From assembly GCA_000320545.1 (NCBI GenBank), contig ADNK01000823.1:1-36617 (forward strand): a DNA stretch of 36,617 nt, given 5' to 3'. This document shows positions 9,783-20,930 of the stretch, piece by piece. The translations under genes and the position numbers were made by a program. Origin of the DNA: Bigelowiella natans CCMP2755 (Eukaryota > Protista > Cercozoa). Below the pieces are notes generated by a model. The model was not told where the DNA came from, ran no database searches, and saw only the letters and a program-made list of their open reading frames with translations. Positions within the stretch are counted from its first letter, which is position 1; the number at the start of each line of letters is the position of its first letter.

Positions 9783-10513
9783 TGATAGTCGAGCAAAATT
9801 CACAGTGGTAGAAGCAGCAAGATAGATCGAGCTGGAAGTGAAGGAAGGCTTGTTGGGAGCACGTACGTGACGTAGGGATGCACCCCTTGCTAGGTACTCG
9901 TTCCTCTGCGAGAGATAGCTATTAAAGAATAGACCTGATGGGATTTGCAGCACAACTAAACATATGAGAACTCGTCCACTCAGTCTTACATCGAAACAAT
10001 AATGACATTTGCATGGCTACTTATCATGTATGGGAGCTGTTTGACAAGCAAGCGGCGGTCCATTTCATTGTCGCGATTACGCATATGCAAAGGCCAGCTC
10101 ATACGCTAATTACTGTTACTGCCGAGTAACTAAGCCTACACGCCGCGCGGGCGTAGCTATATACCTAGCACAGCCTTGTGCTTACTTTGTCTATCGTGTA
10201 TCTAGAGCATCGTGGCGCATTCATTTTTATTATATGCTGGGCGTGGGATGATGATGAACGTATTCAGTGCATTATACGCGTCTAGGAATCGAACGCCGTT
10301 GCTGGCTAATTGTTGCTTGGTATGATCTTGTGGTGAACTTGACACAGACGCAAAGGAAGGAATGTCATGTCAGCGTCAATCGCTTCATCACTCCGTAGCG
10401 TGCGCTAGCACATGCAATGCTCTATTAACGATGTGGTTCCTTTAATTTTGTCCACTCACACGTTCCAACATTGTTAATTGTTAGCACGCATGTCAGCAAC
10501 AACGTTATCGATC

Positions 10514-12037
10514 TCAAAAGGCGCTCCCCCCCCCTGAAGATGACATCGTCTCTGGTAATTTTCGTGGAAGAATGAATAGACCCTTTGCTTCTGCATAAAC
10601 CTGAGGAACAAAAATGCATCTGAACGGTAACTGGGGCAACTTGTTTGTGGAAACTTATTATCAAAATAACATTCTGTTTTGATGGCCCCCACAAGAGATG
10701 CAGAACATGGCTATCCCTAGCTACTGCAACTACTGTTGCTTTCCATCGCTACCTTTCCAGAGGAATCTTCCAAATGTGCGGCAATGTAGACTTTTCGTCG
10801 TTCCTGTCTGACAAATTTGGCTTTGGCAAGCAACGTCGTAGGTGGGCGTATAGGACGCCGATAGTCTATTGATAGATTTGCCTGATACAGACACATACAC
10901 ACATGTAAATGTACACCTACTGTAATTCGCTTTTCCTTCTGTTGGAAGGACTGTATTATCATCCTCGCTCATCATGGTGTGTATTTATGATTATTACTGT
11001 GACTCCTCCCTTCGACCCACGACGATAGCAAAGTGCTCCAAGAACATCGTCCAACACAGCAGCAGTCACCTTCAAACGATTATTTCGAGGATAAGATAGC
11101 ATTCTGAGAAATGCTTCACGGAACTGGAAAAATCGATGAGTGTAGGGCCATGTCGCGAATCGAGTCATAGATGCTTTTGCTATATATGCACAATCTCGAA
11201 TCGTTATAAAGCGAAAAACTCTCTGCAATTTTGTTCGTGTGCCTCTCATTGACTCTGATGTACTACCCCGCCGTGTGCTATGCCAGGATGACCGCACACA
11301 TCGCTACCCAGTTCGATAATACAGGCAATCTCGTCTTTGTTGTCCGGCCAGTAGAAGTACTTGCACACACACACACACACACAATATTATATTACAATAC
11401 CAATTCCCAGCAAGCACTATTACAACCTCCATTGACTTGAGTGCATCATCTTTTGCAAGGGTACCCCTCAGCAGATGTCCTTTCGAAAAGCGTACCGGTC
11501 GAGCTGTCATCTTCTCACTACGGGGCGGTGCAAGATTCGGGGGAGGATGAATGCAATCATTAATATGACTGCGACGACAATAATTAATGTCAAATTTCAG
11601 TCGTCTAATACCGAATTTCCTCAAAGCTTTCTCCCTTTGCCTCAGTACATTCCTGTCGCGTACAAAAACGTCAGAGAATATGCAGTGCATAAGTATTTTC
11701 TTCCTGTCGTGCTGCACTAGATGCCTCACCCCTTCTTGGAGCCACAGAGCAGACGCCAAGCCCAGCCCTGACGCAACCTTTTTTGCGTTACCGCCCATTG
11801 CTGGAATAGACCAAGTGGCAGAAGCAGCGAAACAGATATTATAAGAAGAGAACTGTGACGGAGATTATTCCGTAGTTATTCTGTGTCAGTTCTGCTGCCT
11901 CCCCATCCCAGCTAGCTACTACCTCCGAAGAGTCTTCTGGGTAGTGGTGGTGGTGGCGGCGGCACCCGTGCCACTCTGGACAGCCATGAACTGCTTCGCA
12001 GTCCCCTTCTCAGGACGAAATCGAATACCCTCTTCAT
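10514..12037 (-). CDS. Hotdog-fold acyl-CoA thioesterase (THEM4/PaaI-like), mitochondrial-type presequence
   Basis: Exon 1 reads MKRVFDFVLRRGLRSSSWLSRVAR... (ATG 12037, not in the ORF track). Later exons give YFYWPDNKDEIACIIELGSDVCGHPGIAHGG, TAAVLDDVLGALCY, ANLSIDYRRPI...RRKVYIAAHLED and VYAEAKGLFI...*. HGG...D is the hotdog thioesterase catalytic motif. Confidence 0.88.
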
Positions 12038-12496
12038 GCGATGAGACCTGATTCTTCAGATGACGCAGCCAGCCAGCCAGGTGGGGAGGTACGACAACTG
12101 CTGCGACAACCAAGTGATAAATATGTCTTCGTGTGTACCGGCTAATTTGGGTTGCAAGATGGGGCAGAACCACACGATTTTTCACCTGCGACAACAACAT
12201 ACAGGATGTCTCTCGTCGGAAAATGGAACTGTTTCTCTGCTTCTGAATGTTGTTTACTCCTTGAATTTTCAGAAACGGCTAGTTGGTCTACTGCTCATAT
12301 TCCGAGAGGGTTTCTCTGTTACAGGCCCACATATTAGGCTAGCTCAGCATCTGGTAGGAAGAATTTCGAATAATGAAAGCATGTGGAAAGGGAGGCTTTG
12401 ATTCGGCTTGTTGAACATAGACTTCAGCAGCGGAAGTGATTAATCGACGATGTGTGTTTTATGTGTGTGCTTTTCCACGCTAGAGCTTGGAAGACG
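12038..12496. promoter_or_regulatory. Putative bidirectional promoter, thioesterase / WDR47
   Basis: 459 bp between divergent starts. Positional inference. Confidence 0.5.
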
Positions 12497-13602
12497 ATGA
12501 GTCTTGTGAATATAAATGATGAGGAGGTTGTAGTCGTAATCATGGACTTTCTGAAGCGCAAAGGATACTTCAAGGCCCTCACAGCCCTGGAAAATGAAAG
12601 CAAGGTGCGTTGCCACTCATCATCATCATCATCATCATCATCATCACACCTGGGGACCATCCATGTTTCCCGGGAAAAATAACTTGTGAATTTAACACAG
12701 ATAAGCATGAACTCTTACGGCAAAGAGGTATCATACTTGAGAAGGCTAATTTTGGACGGCCAGGTGTTCACGAGTATCATTTTTTGTCCGCCAGATTTCT
12801 GATTTCTTTTTTGCATCCATCTCTCTTTCATAGTGGGAAGACGCTGAAAATTTCCTCGTCCCAGTGAAGGCTGAGGTAACCTTGAAGATACGTGAGAAGT
12901 GTGAGATTGGGAATGTAAGCCTGAACAGAAAGCTGTCTTCCACGTCGTTTTTCAACCACTGTGTTTATATCTGCTCAAAACCGATGCTCATCGTCCTTAG
13001 CTCGGTGGCGACTTGGAGCGAATCCAATTTCTGTTCCATCGGCAAAGATTTCTCGAGCTCATATACAAGCAGGTATGCTCGGAGAAAGAGACAGAGAGAA
13101 AGACGCGAGCACGTCACATAATAGAAAAGAAGAGGGGAGCGGACAAAACCAATTATCACTTGTCTTTTCGTCAACTTTCTGGCTAACCACTTTTCTACAT
13201 TGGTGATGAATCGCCTCCTCCCTCCTCGCTTCTATCTAGTCGCTTGGCAACGCGGTCATGGAGTTGGTAGATGAGGTGAAGAAGTTCGAGGGAAAGTGTT
13301 CGGAGAGAGAGTTCCAGCAGGTGGCCCATCCTAAAGATGATGATGCGCTCTAGCTAATACATGCATGCAAAGTGATACATACATACATACATACACGCGT
13401 GCGTGCACACAGTATATAGTCATGCACAATATGTGATTTAGCTGTGTTTGCTTTTTAACTTTTTGCAGCTGTGCTACTGCTTGACTCTAAAGAACCTGAA
13501 CGACCATCCCGACTTTCGAACATGGACACCACATAGGGTAGTAGCTGCGTGAAGTTGTAGGGAGAAGGAGTCAGTTTGTGTTGGAAGGGAAGGAGATAGC
13601 TT

Positions 13603-13640
<38 letters not shown>

Positions 13641-16600
13641 GTGTGCGCGCGCGCGAACCCCCCCCCACGCCCCCACGTAAACTCATGGCGATAGTAATCA
13701 CATTTTGTTGATTCTTCTTGTGGGGTTCACCATCATTACTTTGTCGTCTCACGAGCCTTGTGATGCACTCAAGCATATCGCTGTCATCGTTATCTCTGTG
13801 AATTTATCAACCGTCTTACCTCAGGGCCGTGCGATCTGCTTTGACGATGTTCTGCCGTACATCGAGAGTGTGTACGGGGCAAATCAGCCGTTTCCCAATA
13901 ATGGGGGTGCTGATAGTGATGGTGTGCATTCCCTTTATCCCTCTGCGCCTGCAAACAACTCCAAGGTTGGGGTAGGAGAGATGGAGCCGATGAGGCTTCT
14001 AGCGCTCATAAAACAGGTGCGTTGTATTGAGGGTATTAGCGAGAGGAAAATAGGAAAAAACAGCGTGTATCTATGCATCTTTTCCCTTATTTGTTTTTTT
14101 GGTCGCTGTGGAATCAAACCCTCGATCCTCGTTCCTACTCGTAGGCATTACTCTATCAAGTTGATATGGCGTATCGCTCCTCGTCGAAAAGTGGTTCACC
14201 ACCGGAAAAGGTGCTTGCTTCTCTGTGCTTCTGCATGATGGAAAAGGCTTATTTTTACATTTTCTGTCGCCATGAGTACTACTCTCTTTCATCCATCCTC
14301 TCACTTTGAATCATCTTTCAGGTGAAATTGTCGATATTCAAAGATTTTAAACTTGAAGCTGGCAACGGTACCTATGGCCGCTCACGGGTAACTTCCCTTT
14401 CCCCACCTCCTTTCTTTACGTCTCTCTCTCTCTCTTTCTCCCCCCCCCCCCCCCCTCCCTCTTAAGCCGAGATCCCTTCGCAATTAATTCAACGATAACC
14501 CAGGGGGTTTCGACTCCAAGGACAGCACCTAGAGGAAGAAAGCATCTTCAGAGCAGGTGCACGCATAAAAACTGTTCAAACACAGGAAAATGGAGAAAAT
14601 GAAAGAGAAGCTGTTTGCTGTAGATAGGGTCAGGACAGTCGTGACGAAGCTAAATCCAACGCAAACACCCCTCAATCAACTACTGATATTACAATATGTA
14701 AGAAAGTATAGTCTCTCATTGACAGTTGAACGAACTTTCACACGTTCAGGCATAATTTTGCCCCTTCATCACCGAACCCATCACCAAGTTACCACTCAAA
14801 TGAGGTGCGAAGAGAGAGATGAGGAGGAGGACAGAGAGAGATATATGAGGTATCCAGGATTCTCATCTCTAACAAACAGCTAATGTACGCGCAGAGCCCG
14901 GACATGTCCTTTCGGAGTGAGGCGAAGAGAACCAACAGGCACTATGATAAGGTTTATGCACCGCCTGAAGACAGTCGGGATGGGCGCATGAGGAGGCGGA
15001 GGAAGCATCGAAAAGATGCCGATGAGAACGTGGAGAGCGACGACGACGACGAAGCTAAGAGGCATCGCGGACGTGAACCAAAGGTTATGCAACCACCTTG
15101 GTCTTAGTATTAAAAAAAAGACTAATCCCTGCTGCACGCCCTTCTCTCGCGGTTACCCCGCCTTACCCACTTTCGTTCGAAAGGCAGGCAGCTTTGCACA
15201 GCTGCAATTTGTGAGAATCCACTGGTTTGCTTTGACCTTTTTGTGTGTTTCCACTTTGCGAAGCGACAGCAACAGAAAGGCGTCATCCAAAAGAAGGCAA
15301 AGTTACAACTCGGTTCCTCCGGGTCCTCTGCTGCACCGACTGCCATCAGCTTCCACCCCAGTGGAGGTAGTAGTAGCGCGAACAGCGCAACGATAGTGAC
15401 GATAGACACAAACTTGCTCCTCGCTCGTTCTTCACAATGAATGAAAACTTCTATCATCATCATTCGAGAAGCATGACTTTTCTCTCTTTCTCCCCCCCGC
15501 CCCCCTCTCTCTTATAATGGGAAAAAAACAACGTACAGATTTTGTATGTGCTGGAACTCGAGACGGAAAGGTCAACATCGTGAAACGGACGAGGACGATG
15601 ATTCCTGCAACGAAATCGGGGAAAAGTAATGATTATACAGTAGTAGTAGTAGTAGTAGTAGTAGTAGCAGCTGTCCTTTTAGTAAGGAGAGGTACACTGC
15701 CAAATCTCTGCACACCAAACAGCATTGCTGAGCACGCTACAGCCCTTCCGGTGCTAACGACCTCCTTAACCCCTTGTTCCTCCATCTCAGGATCACCGCC
15801 ATCAACATCTATCAGGGTGAGAAGATACCACGCCAGGAGAGCATGCTACACTATGTTACTCGAAACACATGGTGTTTCTATTTAGCAGCAGCACGATTGA
15901 TCACATACTTACCTCCATCCGCTAAAATCAGCCCGTATGCCGGATGACCACCCACCTCGGCGCGGTGACGTGCATGGACTGGTGAAGAGACAACAACAAA
16001 AATCATTCCGATCACAACGCATATCCCAAACGCATAGTTCAAAGCAACACAGGAAAGAAAAACAATAGCATCTTCGACTTCTCTTACCCGCACTGTTCTC
16101 ACATCCAGAGTCATTATTTACCCCCCCCCCCCCACCTTACAAAGGTGCAAGCGAAATCCAAATCTTATTGCGACCGGCGGCAGGGTATAGTGCATGGAAG
16201 ACAGGGGGGGAGGGGGAGGAGGGGGGGGGGGAAGAAGCAACAACGCAAGAAGCATCGATCGTTCTACATATCGCTAGAGAATAATCAACCTTTCCATGGT
16301 TTTGCTGCTGCTGCTACTCCTACTGCTATTTGCTTCATTTGCAGGACAAATGTGTGCGACTGAGCTGCTTGCAGTCTTCGTCTTCAATCTTCAACGTTGG
16401 GGATGCTTCTTCCTTCTCTCCGGACGTGAGAAGGTGGTGCAGCAGAACGACGCAGTGAACGAAAAATTAAGCATGCATGCAATACAGAATGGAGAGAACT
16501 TGGTGTTTCTACGCAATCCCGGTCTCGTTCTCCTTCTCTCTCCCCCTCCTCCCCCTTCCCCCCCCTCTCTCATCCGGTTGCTAGTTCTGATTCTCTCCTC

Positions 16601-17313
16601 TTCACTCTTTCTCTACCTTTCTTCAGCATGGAAGTGGGCTATCATTCAGGTAGGAATACTTTCTTTCACCAACTTTCTCGCCTCTTGTAACCCATGGCAA
16701 TTATGCCTACTTATATCATTACTTTTACGAGGTGTCTTTCGCAGAGCGACCTCCTTCTAATTACTACTGCTGCGGCTGCTGTGTGCGATGATGATGCAGG
16801 TGTTGTGACTGGAATTGGATTTCGCATGAAGCACCCGCATATCGTTAGCTCTGGCGCAGGTTTGGTAGAATAAGACAGGGGAGGGGGCAAGGGCATCAGT
16901 ACAAAACGAAGTTTCACAAGCAACACTTGCCCCTGTCATCTAGGCTTGAAATCTCTGCTATTATCCTTTAAATCACGCTTACGTCGCCATGTCGTTCTCT
17001 GACTATTCTTATTGCGATGATGATGCTGCTGCTGGCACTGGTTGCAGACGGAATTATCAATGTATGGGAGTGCACAAGGGCAGTGAAGACTATCGTTGAA
17101 GAGGATGACGAAGAGGAATATGGTTGCTTTACATCAGTGCTGCTTTAGTATTATTCTTGCTTTGAACCGCCGTAATCCCCCCCTCGTTTTCCTGTATGTC
17201 ATCTTATCAGGCGTTACAAAAGGGAGAAGGCGAAGCGGTTGCAACCTTTGATACTAAACATCAATATACCGTTCAGATCTCTATGCCCTCTCTCTCTCTC
17301 TCTCTCTCTGCGC

Positions 17314-17365
<52 letters not shown>

Positions 17366-17912
17366 CTTTCTCTCTTACTCGTCCCTCTCACTCAACTCCT
17401 TGTCGATTACTTTCAACGAGAGATTACGATAGAGCTCCTGAAGCTGATGCATTGTTGTGTCCTTGGCAGGCATCCAGCTGGGGGACGCGTGCTATCGAAG
17501 GTGGTTTTGACATCCAATAATACTTATTGTATTCAGATGCACAGTATTTGATGGCTTTTGCATTATTTGCCCGCTAAAAATATGTAAACAATAAATTCAC
17601 GTCATTCTACGTGAGTTGCGAGTGATGGATGGAGGCGACAACGAACATGATATTAAAAATAATCGGCCACTAGGTTCAATCATCAGGGCGGTGTCACGTC
17701 TTTGAGCCTCTCCAAAGCAAACGATAACATTCTGGCATCCTCCTCTATAAGTCGGCCACCATCCCCACGCACACATCGATTCAGCTACTACCTACTACAG
17801 CATTGCAGAAAGCAGGCTGAATTTGTAGCATAACACTTGTGTGATTGGATGATGGCAATGATGGTGATGATGATGATGATGATTGTGTATGTGCGTGTGA
17901 GTGTGTATGTGC

Positions 17913-17952
<40 letters not shown>

Positions 17953-18215
17953 ATGATATTCCTGTTTTTCCTTCCTACAATAACTTCTCACAGGTGGCGG
18001 CGTGGCATTATGGGACATCCGAAATGGTGACTATTGACTCGTCACACTTTGTAGCTTTTGACCAGAAAATGATGCCTGATTGTTGGCTTGTCTATTATAT
18101 CAGGAAGAGACGGCTCATGCAGTAGCAAATTCAATCTAGGCTATCCTATCGACTCGATCTCGCTCTCGCATCATGGTGGAAAGGTGCAGAGCTTGCCCCC
18201 CCCCTCTCCCTTTCC

Positions 18216-18261
<46 letters not shown>

Positions 18262-18682
18262 ATCTATCTATCTCTCTTCCTTCTCTATTCTCTCCATATT
18301 TCGAAGGAAGATGGGATGTTCTTTTTAAGTTTACATCTAATCGAGAAAACAAAGAAATGAAGAAAACAAAAGAAGGAGAAGGCTCATAAGCGATGGATAA
18401 GGGGAGGGGAGGGGGTGACATCTACTCTCTAATTAACGGTTGGGGCTGCTGAAATTTCCTTTCATAAATCCGAAATAACAAGATAAACGATGGTACATTT
18501 GTAAATAGTAATTCCTCTCCGAATGGGGCGCTTTCATTCAATTTAGTGCCTGTCGGTAATCTTTCCTCCTCCTTCGTTTTTCCTCCCATTCTCTCTTAGC
18601 TGGCCTGCGGCAGCTCTAACGGGTCGTTTCTCTGCATTTATGATCTACGGGGAACAGGTGATGACCGCCATCTTACATCATT

Positions 18683-18714
<32 letters not shown>

Positions 18715-19755
18715 TGCGAAGAACAAGATTCATTGCTCAAGGGGTGTGGTGAAGCTCTCATATTTACTCTTCTTTCGCTTACTCGCCTCCCTTCGTGCAT
18801 GCTGCCCTCGATGCTACTACTATTTAGAGATTATATGGAAACGGCGGTCGAACAGGTAGAGCGGCGATCCTTTGTATGGTCTTTTGTTCTCTTTCTTCTG
18901 ATTAGTTGGAAATCGAGTGATGAGAACGAGTATTCTCCTCTGCATCTTCTTTGGTGTAAGTAACGATTTGTTGCCTCCACGACGACATGTAGCTTGGGTC
19001 TCGCATGGTCTCCGGATGGCCAGCTTCTAGCCAGTACCACCGAGAAAGGGGTGCGTGCAGCTTGTATTGCAGGGGTGTGCGCGCAGCGGAATAAAAAGCA
19101 TACAAAAGTGCACTAGTACGCCTATCCACATTCACCATGTGTTTATTCTGCTCAGATCGAGGTTTTCGATGCCACGTGTGGAAAGCTCGTAGCAAGGTAC
19201 AGATTCGAATAAGCATGTTGGACGCTTTGGATGAAAACCGTTTGCGTAGAAAATATCTCATAGGATGCCTTTGCTGCAGAGCTGATGGATGAGTATTTCT
19301 CCAGTGATAATACATCATCATTCATCATCACCATCATCATCATCCCGCTAGAGGGGAACTCCCGTACGGGCGCATTATAATCCATGCCGAGAGCTGAGCG
19401 ATACTGTTTTGAAGTTGCCTTTACCACTGACAGATATGCCTCTAACGGAATCGATAAGAGGCCGGCACCCATCATCTGGCACCCTCACTCCAAATCAAAA
19501 GAGTACTAATAGGCACACATCGAACCTACTCATTATTTTTGTACAAAACAGAGCTGAAACCCCCACGACTCCGACCAACATAAAGTTTTCTGCCAACACG
19601 CCAACAATCCAAATATGGCTTCTATTTGTCAGACTCTTGCTCAAAGAGAGTGTTGATACCTCTTAAAGTTACTGCTATATGCTGTCAGATTCGCGTCTTG
19701 TAGCCCGGGGGAGAACTCAATCATGTTGTTCGAATTGTCGTCGGGTAATAGCTAG
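12497..19755 (+). CDS. WDR47: LisH-CTLH-WD40 protein, WDR47-like; more than 20 small exons
   Basis: LisH IMDFLKRKGYFKALTALENESK; CTLH YLRRLILDGQ|WEDAENFLVP; RQRFLELI; LCYCLTLKNLNDHPDFRTWTPHR|GRAICF; RLLALIKQ|ALLYQ; then WD repeats (AISFHPSG|DFVCAGTRDGK, LAWSPDGQLLAST, IIWHPHSKSKE|FASCSPGENSIMLFELSSGNS*). The middle exons are only partly resolved. Confidence 0.85.
17288..17363. repeat. Tripartite (CT)n-(GC)n-(GT)n microsatellite in a WDR47 intron
   Basis: Directly visible. Confidence 0.95.
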
Positions 19756-20559
19756 CAGTTGGCGATAACAGTCAATGCCCAGGAAATCGGCTCTGATAGA
19801 AATTTCACAAACTGGCAGCAAGTTCTCCCCACTTATGGATTTCACATGTCAAGCAATACTTCCACGACTATGCATGTTCTTTGTTACGAGAATTTATTTA
19901 AGTACCAAGGTAATGAAAGGCGAGGTCAATCACCTTAAAATTTGCAGCAAAACCTTTGGACATCGCACAAACATGGCCTGTAGGAAGTTCTAAGCTAGCT
20001 AGTTGGAACAGATGTGCATTGCGTCGCCATCATGTTGCATGCATGCTAGCATGCTGGTTGCATGCGCTTGTCTTCTATGTAGTTCTTGCGCACGTAAATT
20101 TCAATGATGCTTCACATCACAAAGCTGAGTGATGCTGACGTGTGTGCATCACATGGCATATCTGCAGTCTGCACCTCAATTGTTGCAACGCACGGCGCAA
20201 ACCGCGCTTGACCGGCCATGCGCATGCGTGATCGGAAGATGGCTAGATGGGCAAGAGACATGGCACATTCATGCTGCGTGTGGCACGCACAGCTAACGTC
20301 GTCACCATCTGCGTGGGCATGCGCTAGTATGCGACGATGCTTGTCAACTGGAGCACGATTATTGGCGAATCCTACAGTTTATTCGCTCTAAATTACAGTG
20401 CTCATCAATCTATATTTATGCACTATATATAAGAATTATTATTATCATTGCTGTTGTTTGTTTTCATTGCTGTCTATCGTCTTTAGCTTACTGTTACTTT
20501 AAACGCATTTTCCCGGGAGAGGGAGTTTGGGGAGGGGGGCAACTGTCCATCGTCGTCAA

Positions 20560-20896
20560 TCACAGATATGGGTCTACGTCGTCGGGAACTATCCAGTCTT
20601 CGAGGTCCGCATAGCTATCATTTCCAGGCATATTTCGCAGCTCCTGTATAATAAATATGTGCTTGTCAAGAGAACGAACAAGAGTTGCGGAACTGATGCG
20701 TAACGAAGGATATTCGAGAGTATGTACGACAATCAGCGGCAGCTCTATTCTGCTACTGCTCCTTCTACTATCAAAACGACTGACAACAGGAGAACAAAGA
20801 AGGTGAAAAAAAGACAAACTACTACAACTACTACTCCTCTAATAGAACTATCGGTTTCTTCTTTTTAATAGCTCTGCTGCCGTTGACTACTGTAAC

Positions 20897-20930
<34 letters not shown>

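Noticed and set aside
11919-12200. 93-aa ORF as thioesterase exon 1
   Set aside because: Its splice phase leads to a stop in exon 2. The frame from ATG 12037 splices correctly and gives a presequence.
17884-17921. Two copies of an 18-bp unit (GTGTATGTGCGTGTGAGT) as a CRISPR-like or minisatellite element
   Set aside because: No spacers; it is a degenerate part of an intronic (GT)n tract.
18902-19760. Separate minus-strand gene (ORFs 18902-19321 and 19152-19475) and an early WDR47 stop at 19283
   Set aside because: The region is better explained by the last WDR47 exons, which complete a WD repeat and end at TAG 19753-19755.
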